32,000 nt of DNA from NCBI GenBank assembly GCA_024275415.1, contig JAJRZD010000025.1:39069-71068 (forward strand). The letters run 5' to 3'. Shown here piece by piece: positions 7,128 to 16,188 of this stretch (positions are counted from its first letter, which is position 1; every line of letters starts with the position of its first letter). The translations under genes and the position numbers were made by a program. Source of the DNA: an archaeon (GTDB taxonomy: Archaea; Asgardarchaeota; Thorarchaeia; Thorarchaeales; Thorarchaeaceae). Under the pieces are notes generated by a model. That model saw only the letters and a program-made list of their open reading frames with translations. It was not told where the DNA came from and did no database searches.

Positions 7128-8831
7128 ATGGCAAAAGAATCCCTAGAGAAAGAATTGGAACATATGTTCAGAGAAGATCTTGTCGTTGCCTGCCAATATT
7201 GGGATATAGATATCAGCAATAGTTCGTCAGGGAAGGAACTCACAGTGCTCCTGGCAAAAAAAATGAAGCAAAAGGAATCCCGTGAGAGAATATTCTCAAG
7301 CTTTACTGACCAAGAAAAGGATCTACTAGGTCTCCTGACATTGAGCGGGGGAGCGATGAGCTATGATAGACTAAAGCCATTTCGTAAGATATACAGCTAT
7401 GGACAGCTGAATCAGACAGAAAGGGATCTCAGGAAAAAAGGGTTGATCATCCGAAGAATGATGTCACGTCTCACCGAGTTCGGACGTGAAGTCGCAGAAT
7501 TCAAGATTCTCGATTTCTTCATCCCACACCTGAAGAAATACTTCTCCGCAAAACCCGAGCTAACAAAAGAGAAGCCAAAGAAAGCTCGTAATTTGGTGAA
7601 CGAACGCGATTCGCTCTTGCTCGACACATTGTTACTGACATCATACATCGCAAAGAATGAAGTCAAGATGACCAGCTCATGGGAGTTTCCGAAGAGGGAG
7701 ATTGAACACATAAAGAAAGGCATGTCAAAAGCTCGCGATGATAGGTTCGAGCTTGTACAGCGGATTGCACGGAAAGCAGGCGCGTATGAGATTGTCGAGA
7801 AGGATAGGGTTGTTCAGGGCAAAGTGAAAGATCTTTTTGCAGGAACACAAGAACAGGTAGCCACAAAGTTCCTGTTGTCGGCTGTGGGTAGGACACGAGC
7901 TATCTGGGCGACTCCCGACCAGCCTACAGAGTACACTCTCAATCTAATCATCTGCCGCCTCCGAGAGGCCAACACAAAGGATTGGATCAGTGTAACGGAG
8001 ATGCGTGACTGGATTCGAAGCGAACTCTTCATAGACGGGCAACCACTGAAATGGATACAAATCACAGATGAGCGGGTGAGTATCGCCCTAGAAACACCAA
8101 TCCTGCTGGGTCTAGTAGAAGGGGCATATAAAGGGAAAAATCTTCTAGCTGTGCGTCTTACCGACATTGGTGGTGCCGTCATTGCGGGACTTCCAAGGGA
8201 AGAAGTGTCAGGTCAGGAAACATTCATCGTTCTTCCAAACTTTGAAGTGACGGTGTTCTCAGCAGAAATGGACTATTACAAATTATATCGACTCATGCTC
8301 ATCACAGAGCCCATCAAGACCGACGTTGTAAGTACATTCAAACTCACAGAATCGTCAATATTCCATGCAGTCGAACTTGGATATCGAGAGAATGATATCA
8401 TCGCATTCTTAGAAAGTGAGAGCTCAAAGCCAATTCCCGCGAACGTCATCAGATCGATAAAGGATTGGACTTCACAGACCACCTTTGCTACGTTATCTGT
8501 GGTCACCCTATTTGAAACCGAGTCAGTGCAGGAAATGGAGAACCTTCTCTTGATGCCTGACTTCAATAGGCACCTTGTAAAACGGGTTGGACCTACGGCG
8601 GTCATCATAAAAGGGGACATTGAGGAGTTCATCGATGAGATGCAAAAGCACAAGTGTCATGTAACTCGATCTGATGTCCAAGAGAGGGAAGATGAAGAAG
8701 CTTCAAGCACTCGTGTTTCTGAGCAGGCATTGCTATATGGTGATAGTCATGGTGCGGAAATCCCTGACAATTGTTCAGGATGTCCAGCATTCCAATCATG
8801 TAATAGGGTGTTGAAGAGAAAGACAATATAG
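7128..8831 (+). CDS. XPB-associated Helicase_C_3-domain protein (TFIIH p52/Tfb2-like architecture), no helicase motifs
   Basis: Segment FIVLPNFEVTV...TFKLTESSIFHAVELG...IIAFLESESSKPIPANVIRSIKDW parallels the XPB N-terminal domain in this same window (LIVQSDKSVLL...TYRVTPLSLWNAAAMG...VVDALEEYAKYPIPGNISREIVEY). Long helical N-terminal part and no Walker motifs. Confidence 0.75.
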   Translation: MAKESLEKELEHMFREDLVVACQYWDIDISNSSSGKELTVLLAKKMKQKESRERIFSSFTDQEKDLLGLLTLSGGAMSYDRLKPFRKIYSYGQLNQTERDLRKKGLIIRRMMSRLTEFGREVAEFKILDFFIPHLKKYFSAKPELTKEKPKKARNLVNERDSLLLDTLLLTSYIAKNEVKMTSSWEFPKREIEHIKKGMSKARDDRFELVQRIARKAGAYEIVEKDRVVQGKVKDLFAGTQEQVATKFLLSAVGRTRAIWATPDQPTEYTLNLIICRLREANTKDWISVTEMRDWIRSELFIDGQPLKWIQITDERVSIALETPILLGLVEGAYKGKNLLAVRLTDIGGAVIAGLPREEVSGQETFIVLPNFEVTVFSAEMDYYKLYRLMLITEPIKTDVVSTFKLTESSIFHAVELGYRENDIIAFLESESSKPIPANVIRSIKDWTSQTTFATLSVVTLFETESVQEMENLLLMPDFNRHLVKRVGPTAVIIKGDIEEFIDEMQKHKCHVTRSDVQEREDEEASSTRVSEQALLYGDSHGAEIPDNCSGCPAFQSCNRVLKRKTI

Positions 8832-8846
8832 ATTGGGGGGTTCAGA

Positions 8847-9881
8847 ATGACGAAAGCCATCCTACCTCACGAACTAAGAGGACGATTTCTAGGCGTTGGA
8901 AGTGTTGTTGAGGAATGGGAAGGAGAAGCGTCGGAGTACATCCCAAAGATCTCTTTACCTTATGCATATCAAAGACCTGCCAGGCCGGAAGAGGATATGA
9001 TTCGTCAATTTGGGAGTGTGCTTACGGGATTCGAGGAGAAGGGCACATTCGTCTTTGAAACAGGATTTGACGAGTATCAAAATATGATCCGAGGCGAGGA
9101 GGACATACTTCCTGCCGAACAGTATTTTGAATCACTTTACAAGTTACCGAAACACGGACCGTTCAAATATCTGAAAACTCAGGTGACATCACCAGCCACC
9201 ATGTGTTACAGCATACGAGGGGAAGATGGACGACAGCATCTCACACCTCAAATGTTCAGGTTCTTCTCATCACTCATCTCTCGAATAATGAAGGGCTTTG
9301 TTGCTCACTTTGCCGAATCCGTGGAAACTCTCATGGTCTGTCAGGATGATCCTGCATTTGGGTTTGTGAAAGACATGATCGAATCGGAGAATGCTCCGGG
9401 GCTCTCCGCTCATCAGGTTATGAGAGTGATTGACCGAATATTCCCTTCGGAAGTAATCCCTGCTTACCACTACTGCTACGATTGGAGAGTATTGATGGAT
9501 AAAGGTAGGCACCTGATATGGCAAAGTAAGCCAAAGGTCGTCCACATTGATACAATAAACTATCCTCCTGAAATAGATGCCGGGCAAGGTGAACTTATCA
9601 ACAAATTCCTACAGGCAGGAGGGGGCATCGCACTTGGAGTCATCGCGAACGTGGACAGTGCATTCACAGAGCTGGTCATCTCATACTACGAAAAATCGCT
9701 CAAAAAGACGATTTCCTTATTTGTAAGGGCCGGCGTAAATATTGACCTGCTGAAAGAGAACACAATGGTTTCCACTCAATGTGGTCTTTCAGGAGCGACC
9801 CCAAATCTATCGCGTCAAATCCATTCCCATGATCAGACATATTCTGAGATACTGGAACAAATATACAACTCGTTCCAATGA
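8847..9881 (+). CDS. Cobalamin-independent methionine synthase catalytic-domain (core MetE / URO-D barrel) protein
   Basis: LGVGS start, QRPARPEEDMIRQF, LKTQVTSPAT, CQDDP, Zn-type H-x-C (YHYC) and C-terminal STQCGL. Only one barrel; the folate-binding half is absent. Confidence 0.7.
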   Translation: MTKAILPHELRGRFLGVGSVVEEWEGEASEYIPKISLPYAYQRPARPEEDMIRQFGSVLTGFEEKGTFVFETGFDEYQNMIRGEEDILPAEQYFESLYKLPKHGPFKYLKTQVTSPATMCYSIRGEDGRQHLTPQMFRFFSSLISRIMKGFVAHFAESVETLMVCQDDPAFGFVKDMIESENAPGLSAHQVMRVIDRIFPSEVIPAYHYCYDWRVLMDKGRHLIWQSKPKVVHIDTINYPPEIDAGQGELINKFLQAGGGIALGVIANVDSAFTELVISYYEKSLKKTISLFVRAGVNIDLLKENTMVSTQCGLSGATPNLSRQIHSHDQTYSEILEQIYNSFQ

Positions 9882-10135
9882 CTGTCCCTCGTTGAATGGA
9901 GTGAGAAATACCGTTCATTGTAAATTATACAGGCTTGGACACTAGAGTGTTGTACTCCCATGACACGACACGGAGTATGCCCTGTAGGGTTCTACGCATA
10001 TCATGGATGACCTTACTGAGCATGACTCGCCAAAACTATATGAACACCCACAACAAGATGTCTAGGTTTTGTGTGCCTGTTAGCAACCCTTAAGTGGGGG
10101 AGTCATAGCGCTTGCTGGAAAGGCAGGTGTGAATA

Positions 10136-10981
10136 GTGGAAAAAGAAAGCAATCAGCCAGGACCCATTATGAGATTCATCCAGGATTACCGTCTGAAGAT
10201 GCTTGTTCCAGAATTGCTTGTAGTGTTTGGCGTCTGGTACATGTTACCTGATTCGCTGACTACGAATGTCTATCTGATATACATGGATTTCCTAGGGCCG
10301 CTGGTATATGCCTTGCAACCGCTGTTCTTCATTCCTAGTGGAATATTGGCATTCCTTACAGCATTCACATTGCACGGGATATACCCCCTTGATAACTATC
10401 ATGAAGGAAAGATCCCTGACCTCCCGAGGGGTGCTGTCATAATGATCATCATCTCGTTCATCTTTCTCCCATGGTTGGTCTTGATGCAGATGATCGGCTA
10501 CTACATGACAGAAGCGACAGAGTACATCAGCAGGAACCCATTCTGGGAGCGAGTGGAGAGCTTTGGCGATCTGCTTTTCTATGCAGGAGCCATGTTCTTC
10601 GTCGGGCTGCAATGGTGGCTTCTCATCCCAGTGTTCTTCCTTAGTCAGGGAGTCGATGGGATACACAAGATTGCTCACCATGAAACATCCAGTGAGAAGA
10701 TAACATGGATATTCTATTTCCTCTGGCCTATCACTATACCCATCTTCTTCCAACCAGTAGAAATCTTTGCAATGGCGGCAATCTCAATCCCGGCATTTGC
10801 ATTCTACGGGTATATTAGGCCATATTATACCTATGTCAACGCCGTTCATACTCTGACCTTTGCAGCACTGGTCATTGTATCTCTCGTGCTTGCACCCTAC
10901 TTGCCCCTCCTGAATGTGTGGCTTCCAGGGAGTATCCCTGAGATAATGCCACCTAGAATATTCCCAGATATTGGATGGTGA
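10136..10981 (+). CDS. Hypothetical polytopic membrane protein (about 7 TM)
   Basis: 281 aa, mostly hydrophobic helices. GTG start preceded by AGGTG. Confidence 0.65.
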   Translation: MEKESNQPGPIMRFIQDYRLKMLVPELLVVFGVWYMLPDSLTTNVYLIYMDFLGPLVYALQPLFFIPSGILAFLTAFTLHGIYPLDNYHEGKIPDLPRGAVIMIIISFIFLPWLVLMQMIGYYMTEATEYISRNPFWERVESFGDLLFYAGAMFFVGLQWWLLIPVFFLSQGVDGIHKIAHHETSSEKITWIFYFLWPITIPIFFQPVEIFAMAAISIPAFAFYGYIRPYYTYVNAVHTLTFAALVIVSLVLAPYLPLLNVWLPGSIPEIMPPRIFPDIGW

Positions 10982-11006
10982 CAGGAGTAGTAGAACCTTT
11001 GCTGAA

Positions 11007-11312
11007 CTACTCAGCAAAGGTGGGCTTTCTTGTTGCAGCTTCCTCGTCTTCCTCTCGAAGCTTGTGCTGGAATGGCCTACCTTGTCCATAGATGGCAGGG
11101 TCATCATGCTGTGTCTTCTTCATGATAATGACAAAACCGAAGACTTGAAAGATGAGAGAGCCTATGGCAATCAGCGCGACGTCGTAGAAATAGAGATGGC
11201 TCACAAAGTCTGCAGGCTTTGACAAAGCAATGAAAGGATAGATGATTGCTTGGAGTACCAGTCCTGCAATATACATGAGAATCCATTTGTTCGTCCAATT
11301 TTTAATGGCCAT
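11007..11312 (-). CDS. Small hypothetical membrane protein (2 TM, charged C-terminal tail)
   Basis: Two hydrophobic segments followed by KKTQHDD...EEDEE. Co-oriented downstream of the membrane-protein pair. Confidence 0.6.
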   Translation of the reverse strand: MAIKNWTNKWILMYIAGLVLQAIIYPFIALSKPADFVSHLYFYDVALIAIGSLIFQVFGFVIIMKKTQHDDPAIYGQGRPFQHKLREEDEEAATRKPTFAE

Positions 11313-11383
11313 CGAAGATCAATCCTTTGTGTGAGTTTGGTCAACGTCTAGCTGTTCCCAATTAAAGATGTCTGTGGGGAAAC

Positions 11384-12307
11384 TCACTCACTAGAACCTA
11401 TACCTAGATCAAACATCACATCATCAAGAACCTCATTCTCGGGCGACACTAATGAATACCACTTCACGACTTCCCGTACCATGTCGATGATATCATCCGA
11501 TGTAGGTCGTGCCTTCTTAGGAATCTTTGGGAATCCCTCATGCTCCATCTCATTGTGAACCCATGCATACGAGATAGCGCCATCCTGTGTCACGCTACAT
11601 AACAATGTCGCAACACTTTCGAGACCTTCAATCTTGGCTGCAAGTAAGGGCTCACGGATAGTGTAGTATCCTGACCAGTAGCCAATGCGAACGCATACTC
11701 CAATCCATGACAGTGCAGGGATATCGCTCAATAAGCGGAGTCCTCTTCGGATAGGTTTGTGCGGGTATAGAGGAAACTCGTGATTCAGCGGGCCCGGGAT
11801 TATCGCAAAGAATAAGGAAGTATAAAGGATTCCGAGGAGGATGGTCAGCAATCCAAACAGTTGAGGGAGAAAGACTAGGATCGGGAATAGAAGGGAATCC
11901 AAGATAAAGGGCAGACTCATGGAGAAGACCAAGACCATTGCCACAAGAACCACTCGTTCGAGCGCGAACCGCGATGTGAAAAGCGTATAATTGCTTCGAT
12001 AGTCCTTGCTGATAGTTCGAAACTCGCTGAACGAAATGTACTGGTCTTTGAACTCCCATTCAGGCTCCGTAATCTCAAGAGACCACTTCATTCGCCAGAT
12101 AGTCGCTGCAAGGGGAAGAGGATAGATTAGGAGAAGAGGGACTGACACCGAAAGCCAAGAGGTGGAATCACTGACGAGGATGCCAAATAGCATGAAAAGT
12201 ATCTCGATTGACAGGACTGCCCAGAGGATGATTATTGAGAACAGGAGCACCGCATAGTACCATGGCAGACTAAGGTCATTCTCGATGGGCTCATTCATGG
12301 AACTCAT
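11384..12307 (-). CDS. Hypothetical 4-TM membrane protein with soluble C-terminal domain (paralog of 12322..13332)
   Basis: Layout is 2 TM, loop, 2 TM, soluble domain. Shares WRxK...WxF...SxxYRxxY and GYxxxRxPxxxxxxxG[LI]E motifs with the upstream gene. Confidence 0.7.
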   Translation of the reverse strand: MSSMNEPIENDLSLPWYYAVLLFSIIILWAVLSIEILFMLFGILVSDSTSWLSVSVPLLLIYPLPLAATIWRMKWSLEITEPEWEFKDQYISFSEFRTISKDYRSNYTLFTSRFALERVVLVAMVLVFSMSLPFILDSLLFPILVFLPQLFGLLTILLGILYTSLFFAIIPGPLNHEFPLYPHKPIRRGLRLLSDIPALSWIGVCVRIGYWSGYYTIREPLLAAKIEGLESVATLLCSVTQDGAISYAWVHNEMEHEGFPKIPKKARPTSDDIIDMVREVVKWYSLVSPENEVLDDVMFDLGIGSSE

Positions 12308-12321
12308 GAGCCTATCAGGAG

Positions 12322-13332
12322 TTATGAACTCTGTGGTTCCACACCAAGAGCATCCAATATCTCAAGCAGGTGTTCATGCGGTTCTCGTACTTTGAGCCAT
12401 TCTAGTATCAGGATTGCAACTGCGTTTTGAGTGACAAGCCTGACGTCCTTGACCCCAAGTTCTTCAATGTTCGACGGTACGGGGTTTTTGACATAGTAGC
12501 TTTCATCAGACTCTCCAATGTATTTCCTGAACCACCTATCAAGGTTCTGCCACCACCACACGACCTCTGGCCTTTCGTCACTTTCGAGTATTCGTATCAT
12601 CATCTTGTCAACAGAGCCAAACTCCTCAGTCCATGACTCGATATAAGAGCCCTTCTCAATCCCAGAAACTCGGATGACCACCCGGGGGTTCCTGTAGACC
12701 ACGTATCCCTGATGCTCTGCTTTCTCCAGCACGATGCGGACATGGGAGATACCCTCTACCTTAGATTGAGTGTGTGCAAGCTTGAGCGTTTCGTGCAATA
12801 GAGGCAATCTGAAGTCATGGGATGCCTCAGTCGAAGTTGAACGCCATCCTCCAAGCACAGATACAGTGAATATCAGGTTCGTCAAAAGTATGTACGATAA
12901 GGGGACGAATGACCGGAATGTAGAATCAACGAAAATCGTGTAAAAGGGAAAAATGATCAAAATAATTGTCAGGATGATTGGAGTGTAATAATACCAGAGG
13001 TACGGGACTGCGACGATTCGCCCGTACTTTTTCCGATATGCCCTAGAAAGCCGTCCTGCATCTTCAAGTCGCAGGGGTATGGTTTCGAACTTCCATTTGA
13101 ATGGATGGTACTCGATGTTGGTCCGTTTGGCTCGCCAGCTCAAATAGTATCCCAAAAAGGAGAGGAAGAATGGTATGCAGACCCCGATGAAAAGGTATAG
13201 CGATAAATCGAACGTGGAAAAATCGTATCCAATGACAACACTCAAACCAATGATCTGAACAAGCAAGAATGAGAAGAGGAGGAACAGATAGTAACGTGTG
13301 AGTGGTCTGTACTGAACAAGATCTTCCATCAT
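12322..13332 (-). CDS. Hypothetical 4-TM membrane protein with soluble C-terminal domain (paralog of 11384..12307)
   Basis: Same topology and motifs as its neighbour. ATG 13332 is preceded by GGCGGTG; the ORF track start of 13404 is likely too early. Confidence 0.7.
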   Translation of the reverse strand: MMEDLVQYRPLTRYYLFLLFSFLLVQIIGLSVVIGYDFSTFDLSLYLFIGVCIPFFLSFLGYYLSWRAKRTNIEYHPFKWKFETIPLRLEDAGRLSRAYRKKYGRIVAVPYLWYYYTPIILTIILIIFPFYTIFVDSTFRSFVPLSYILLTNLIFTVSVLGGWRSTSTEASHDFRLPLLHETLKLAHTQSKVEGISHVRIVLEKAEHQGYVVYRNPRVVIRVSGIEKGSYIESWTEEFGSVDKMMIRILESDERPEVVWWWQNLDRWFRKYIGESDESYYVKNPVPSNIEELGVKDVRLVTQNAVAILILEWLKVREPHEHLLEILDALGVEPQSS

Positions 13333-13452
13333 TACACCGCCGTACAGCCAGACTGCAAGCCCGACCACTTTAAGCCTTGTCGGTAGAATCATCATGTTGC
13401 ACAACGCTTATATCCCATCAGTTATTAACAATAGTGAATTTTGGTGATTGAT

Positions 13453-13935
13453 GTGCTGAAACAGGGAAACAAAGCTCCAGATTTTGAAACCACTGATGAG
13501 TCAGGCAATCCATTCAAGCTAAGCGAGTTCAGAGGGAGGAAGGTCATGTTATATTACTATCCAAAGGACAATACGAGCGGGTGTATCGCAGAAGCCTGTT
13601 CTATTCGTGATTCTTGGAATATGTTTGAAAAAAGTGACATTCCGGTCTTTGGAATATCAGGTGGCAGTGCGAAGAGCCATCAGGATTTCAAGAACAAGTT
13701 CGACCTACCATTCCCACTCCTCATGGACGAAAGCTTTGAGATTGCAAAGCTCTACGGGGTCTACAAGAAGAAAAAGATGTACGGCAAAGAGTACATGGGC
13801 ATTGAACGTACAACATTCCTTATCGACGAGAATGGGAACATAGAAGGAATATTTGGGGGATCTAGTGGAATCGAAAAGGTGAACACCAAGGAACATGCCA
13901 ATCAGGTCATCAAGTTCTGGAATCTCAGAATCTAG
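13453..13935 (+). CDS. bcp: Peroxiredoxin Bcp/PrxQ (copy 1)
   Basis: APDF, YYYPKDNTSGCIAEAC (PxxxT/SxxC plus resolving Cys) and RTTFLID. GTG 13453 follows a GGTGAT RBS; ORF track start is 13441. Confidence 0.92.
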   Translation: MLKQGNKAPDFETTDESGNPFKLSEFRGRKVMLYYYPKDNTSGCIAEACSIRDSWNMFEKSDIPVFGISGGSAKSHQDFKNKFDLPFPLLMDESFEIAKLYGVYKKKKMYGKEYMGIERTTFLIDENGNIEGIFGGSSGIEKVNTKEHANQVIKFWNLRI

Positions 13936-13946
13936 GGGTGATTTCT

Positions 13947-14423
13947 ATGAAACTCAAGATTGGCGACGAGGCACCGGACTTTGAAACCACAGATGAGAGT
14001 GGAAGCCCCTTCAAGTTAAGCGAACTGCGTGGCAAAAAGGTAGTGCTTTACTTCTATCCGCGTGATTTCACTCCTGGATGCACCAAACAGGCATGCTCGT
14101 TACGTGATGGCTACAGTCTCTTCGAGGGAAGAAATATCCCCATCTATGGAATATCGGGAGGAGGAGCAGAGATGCATCGGGAGTTCCGAAAGAAACATGG
14201 ACTTCCCTTTCCAATCCTGATGGACAAGGATCACGCCATCGCAGAACTCTATGATGCCAAGAGCAGGTTGAAGATTGCTGGGATAGGCACAAAGCGGATA
14301 ACGTATCTCATCGACGAGAATGGCACAATCGAGGGGATATTCGGCGGCTCTACAGGGATTGACAAGGTAAAGACCAGCCAACACGCACAGCAGATTGCAG
14401 AGTTCTGGGGGCTTAGTCTTTAG
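13947..14423 (+). CDS. bcp: Peroxiredoxin Bcp/PrxQ (copy 2)
   Basis: APDF, YFYPRDFTPGCTKQAC and RITYLID. ATG 13947 follows GGGGTGAT. Confidence 0.92.
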   Translation: MKLKIGDEAPDFETTDESGSPFKLSELRGKKVVLYFYPRDFTPGCTKQACSLRDGYSLFEGRNIPIYGISGGGAEMHREFRKKHGLPFPILMDKDHAIAELYDAKSRLKIAGIGTKRITYLIDENGTIEGIFGGSTGIDKVKTSQHAQQIAEFWGLSL

Positions 14424-14692
14424 CGCTCGAAACCAAAAAGATGACTTTGGATATGAGGAGATGCATAACTGACACACGAATGCTTTATGGTTCGATGAAC
14501 GAGTTTTCTGGCATGTGCATAGTATAACCGATATCATAAGCAATAACAATCCAGTGCCGTCCCCAGCCAGACCTATGAATTGAAACCGTTTTTGAACATT
14601 TGATGATACAATGCATAGTCTTTAATATGTACACTTTCCAGCTCGAACCCGTCTGGCAGGCATTCAGCCAGCAAGAATCTACAGGGGCAAAC

Positions 14693-16057
14693 ATGTTGAC
14701 TTCTGATGACAAGACAGTTGAAGAACTGAAGAAGAAAGCCGAGAAACCAGGGAAAGATGCCATGGTACTGCACCCGTTCTATAGGGGAAAAATCCAGTCC
14801 ATAGGCAAGGCACCAGTCCGGAGCTTTGATGATTTTGCTATCTGGTACACGCCAGGGGTAGCCAAAGCTTGTTTAGCTATCAAGGAGGACGAGGAACAGT
14901 CTTATGAGATGCTAAACCGAGGGAATATGGTGGCTGTGGTAAGCGATGGGACGCGGGTTCTAGGTCTTGGAGATATTGGCCCATACGCGGCAGGCCCGGT
15001 GATGGAAGGAAAGGCAATCCTCTTCAAATACCTAGGAGGTGTTGACGCTTGGCCAATCTGTCTCGATACAAAGGACGCCGACGAGATCATCCGCACCGTT
15101 AAACTGTTACAGCCGACCTTTGGTGGAATCAACTTAGAGGACATCTCCAAACCGAAATGCTACAGGGTGCTAGAAGAACTCAGGAATGACCCAGAGGTGA
15201 AAATCCCTGTCTGGCACGATGATGCTCAGGGAACCGCGACTGTTGTGCTAGCAGGAGTCCTTGGAGGGCTCAATGTGGTCAAGAAAGACATCGAGAACAT
15301 CAAGGTAGCACTTCTTGGAGTCGGAGCTGCAAACACGAGAACCGCCTATCTTCTAGAGGCTGCAGGTGTAGACCTGAAGAACGTGGTCATGGTGGACAGC
15401 AAGGGGGCAATTTACAGTGACCGAGAGGACATAGTCGCACAAAAGGATCATGACACCTTCAAGTACGACCTTGCACAAAAGACGAATCCCGACCGCATGA
15501 CCGGAAACCTTGGTGATGTCATAGAGGGAGCTGATGTCCTTATCTCAGCATCAAGGCCTGTCCCAGGCACTATCAAAAAGGAATGGGTGTCCAAGATGGC
15601 CAGCGATGCAATCGTCTATGCCTGTGCGAATCCGCTCCCTGAAATCTGGCCATGGGATGCTCTCGACGCTGGTGCAAGGATTGTTGGTACTGGACGAAGC
15701 GACTTTGACAACCAGATTAACAATTCTCTAGGATTCCCAGGAATCTTTCGGGGCACACTGGATGTGCGTGCACACACCATTACTGACGAGATGTGCGTGG
15801 CTGCAGCCCAAGCCCTAGCGGATCTTGGAGCAAAAGAAGCAAACGAAAAGAAGGTCATCCCGACGATGGATCAGTGGGAACTCTACCCTGCTGAGGCCAC
15901 TGCGGTGGGAATGAAGGCGATCGAACAAGGAATCGCAAGGGTCGAATGGGAAGAGAAGGATCTTTACAAACATGCAGAGAACATCATTCGCATCGCCCGA
16001 AGGGCCTCTGAGATGCTGTATGAGAAAGGATTCATTCCAAAGGCACCTCCAACTTAG
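14693..16057 (+). CDS. mae: NAD(P)-dependent malic enzyme (malate oxidoreductase)
   Basis: YTPGVA, VAVVSDGTRVLGLGDIG, PVMEGKAILFK, GGINLEDI, HDDAQGTA, GVGAA, ANPLPEI and TGRSDFDNQINNSLGFPGIFRG. ATG 14693 is preferred over ORF track start 14600. Confidence 0.95.
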   Translation: MLTSDDKTVEELKKKAEKPGKDAMVLHPFYRGKIQSIGKAPVRSFDDFAIWYTPGVAKACLAIKEDEEQSYEMLNRGNMVAVVSDGTRVLGLGDIGPYAAGPVMEGKAILFKYLGGVDAWPICLDTKDADEIIRTVKLLQPTFGGINLEDISKPKCYRVLEELRNDPEVKIPVWHDDAQGTATVVLAGVLGGLNVVKKDIENIKVALLGVGAANTRTAYLLEAAGVDLKNVVMVDSKGAIYSDREDIVAQKDHDTFKYDLAQKTNPDRMTGNLGDVIEGADVLISASRPVPGTIKKEWVSKMASDAIVYACANPLPEIWPWDALDAGARIVGTGRSDFDNQINNSLGFPGIFRGTLDVRAHTITDEMCVAAAQALADLGAKEANEKKVIPTMDQWELYPAEATAVGMKAIEQGIARVEWEEKDLYKHAENIIRIARRASEMLYEKGFIPKAPPT

Positions 16058-16072
16058 ACCAGTCATTGCTAA

Positions 16073-16104
16073 AGCGGCGCACTGTCGCCGCTCATTCTCT
16101 TTCT
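16073..16104 (+). terminator. Stem-loop plus pyrimidine tract downstream of malic enzyme
   Basis: Perfect 7-bp inverted repeat AGCGGCG-cactgt-CGCCGCT (16073-16092), 15 nt after the stop codon, followed by CATTCTCTTTCTTC. Confidence 0.5.
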
Positions 16105-16188
16105 TCAACTAGACTAATCTGGTTGACAAATTAGATCCGTACTGTGATTTGCAGTAGTTCATGCAGTGTGTGAATGATCCAGTTCAGA

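Noticed and set aside
10000-10025. Box C/D sRNA (GATGA...CTGA)
   Set aside because: Only about 6 nt separate the boxes, too short for a guide, and no second box pair is present.
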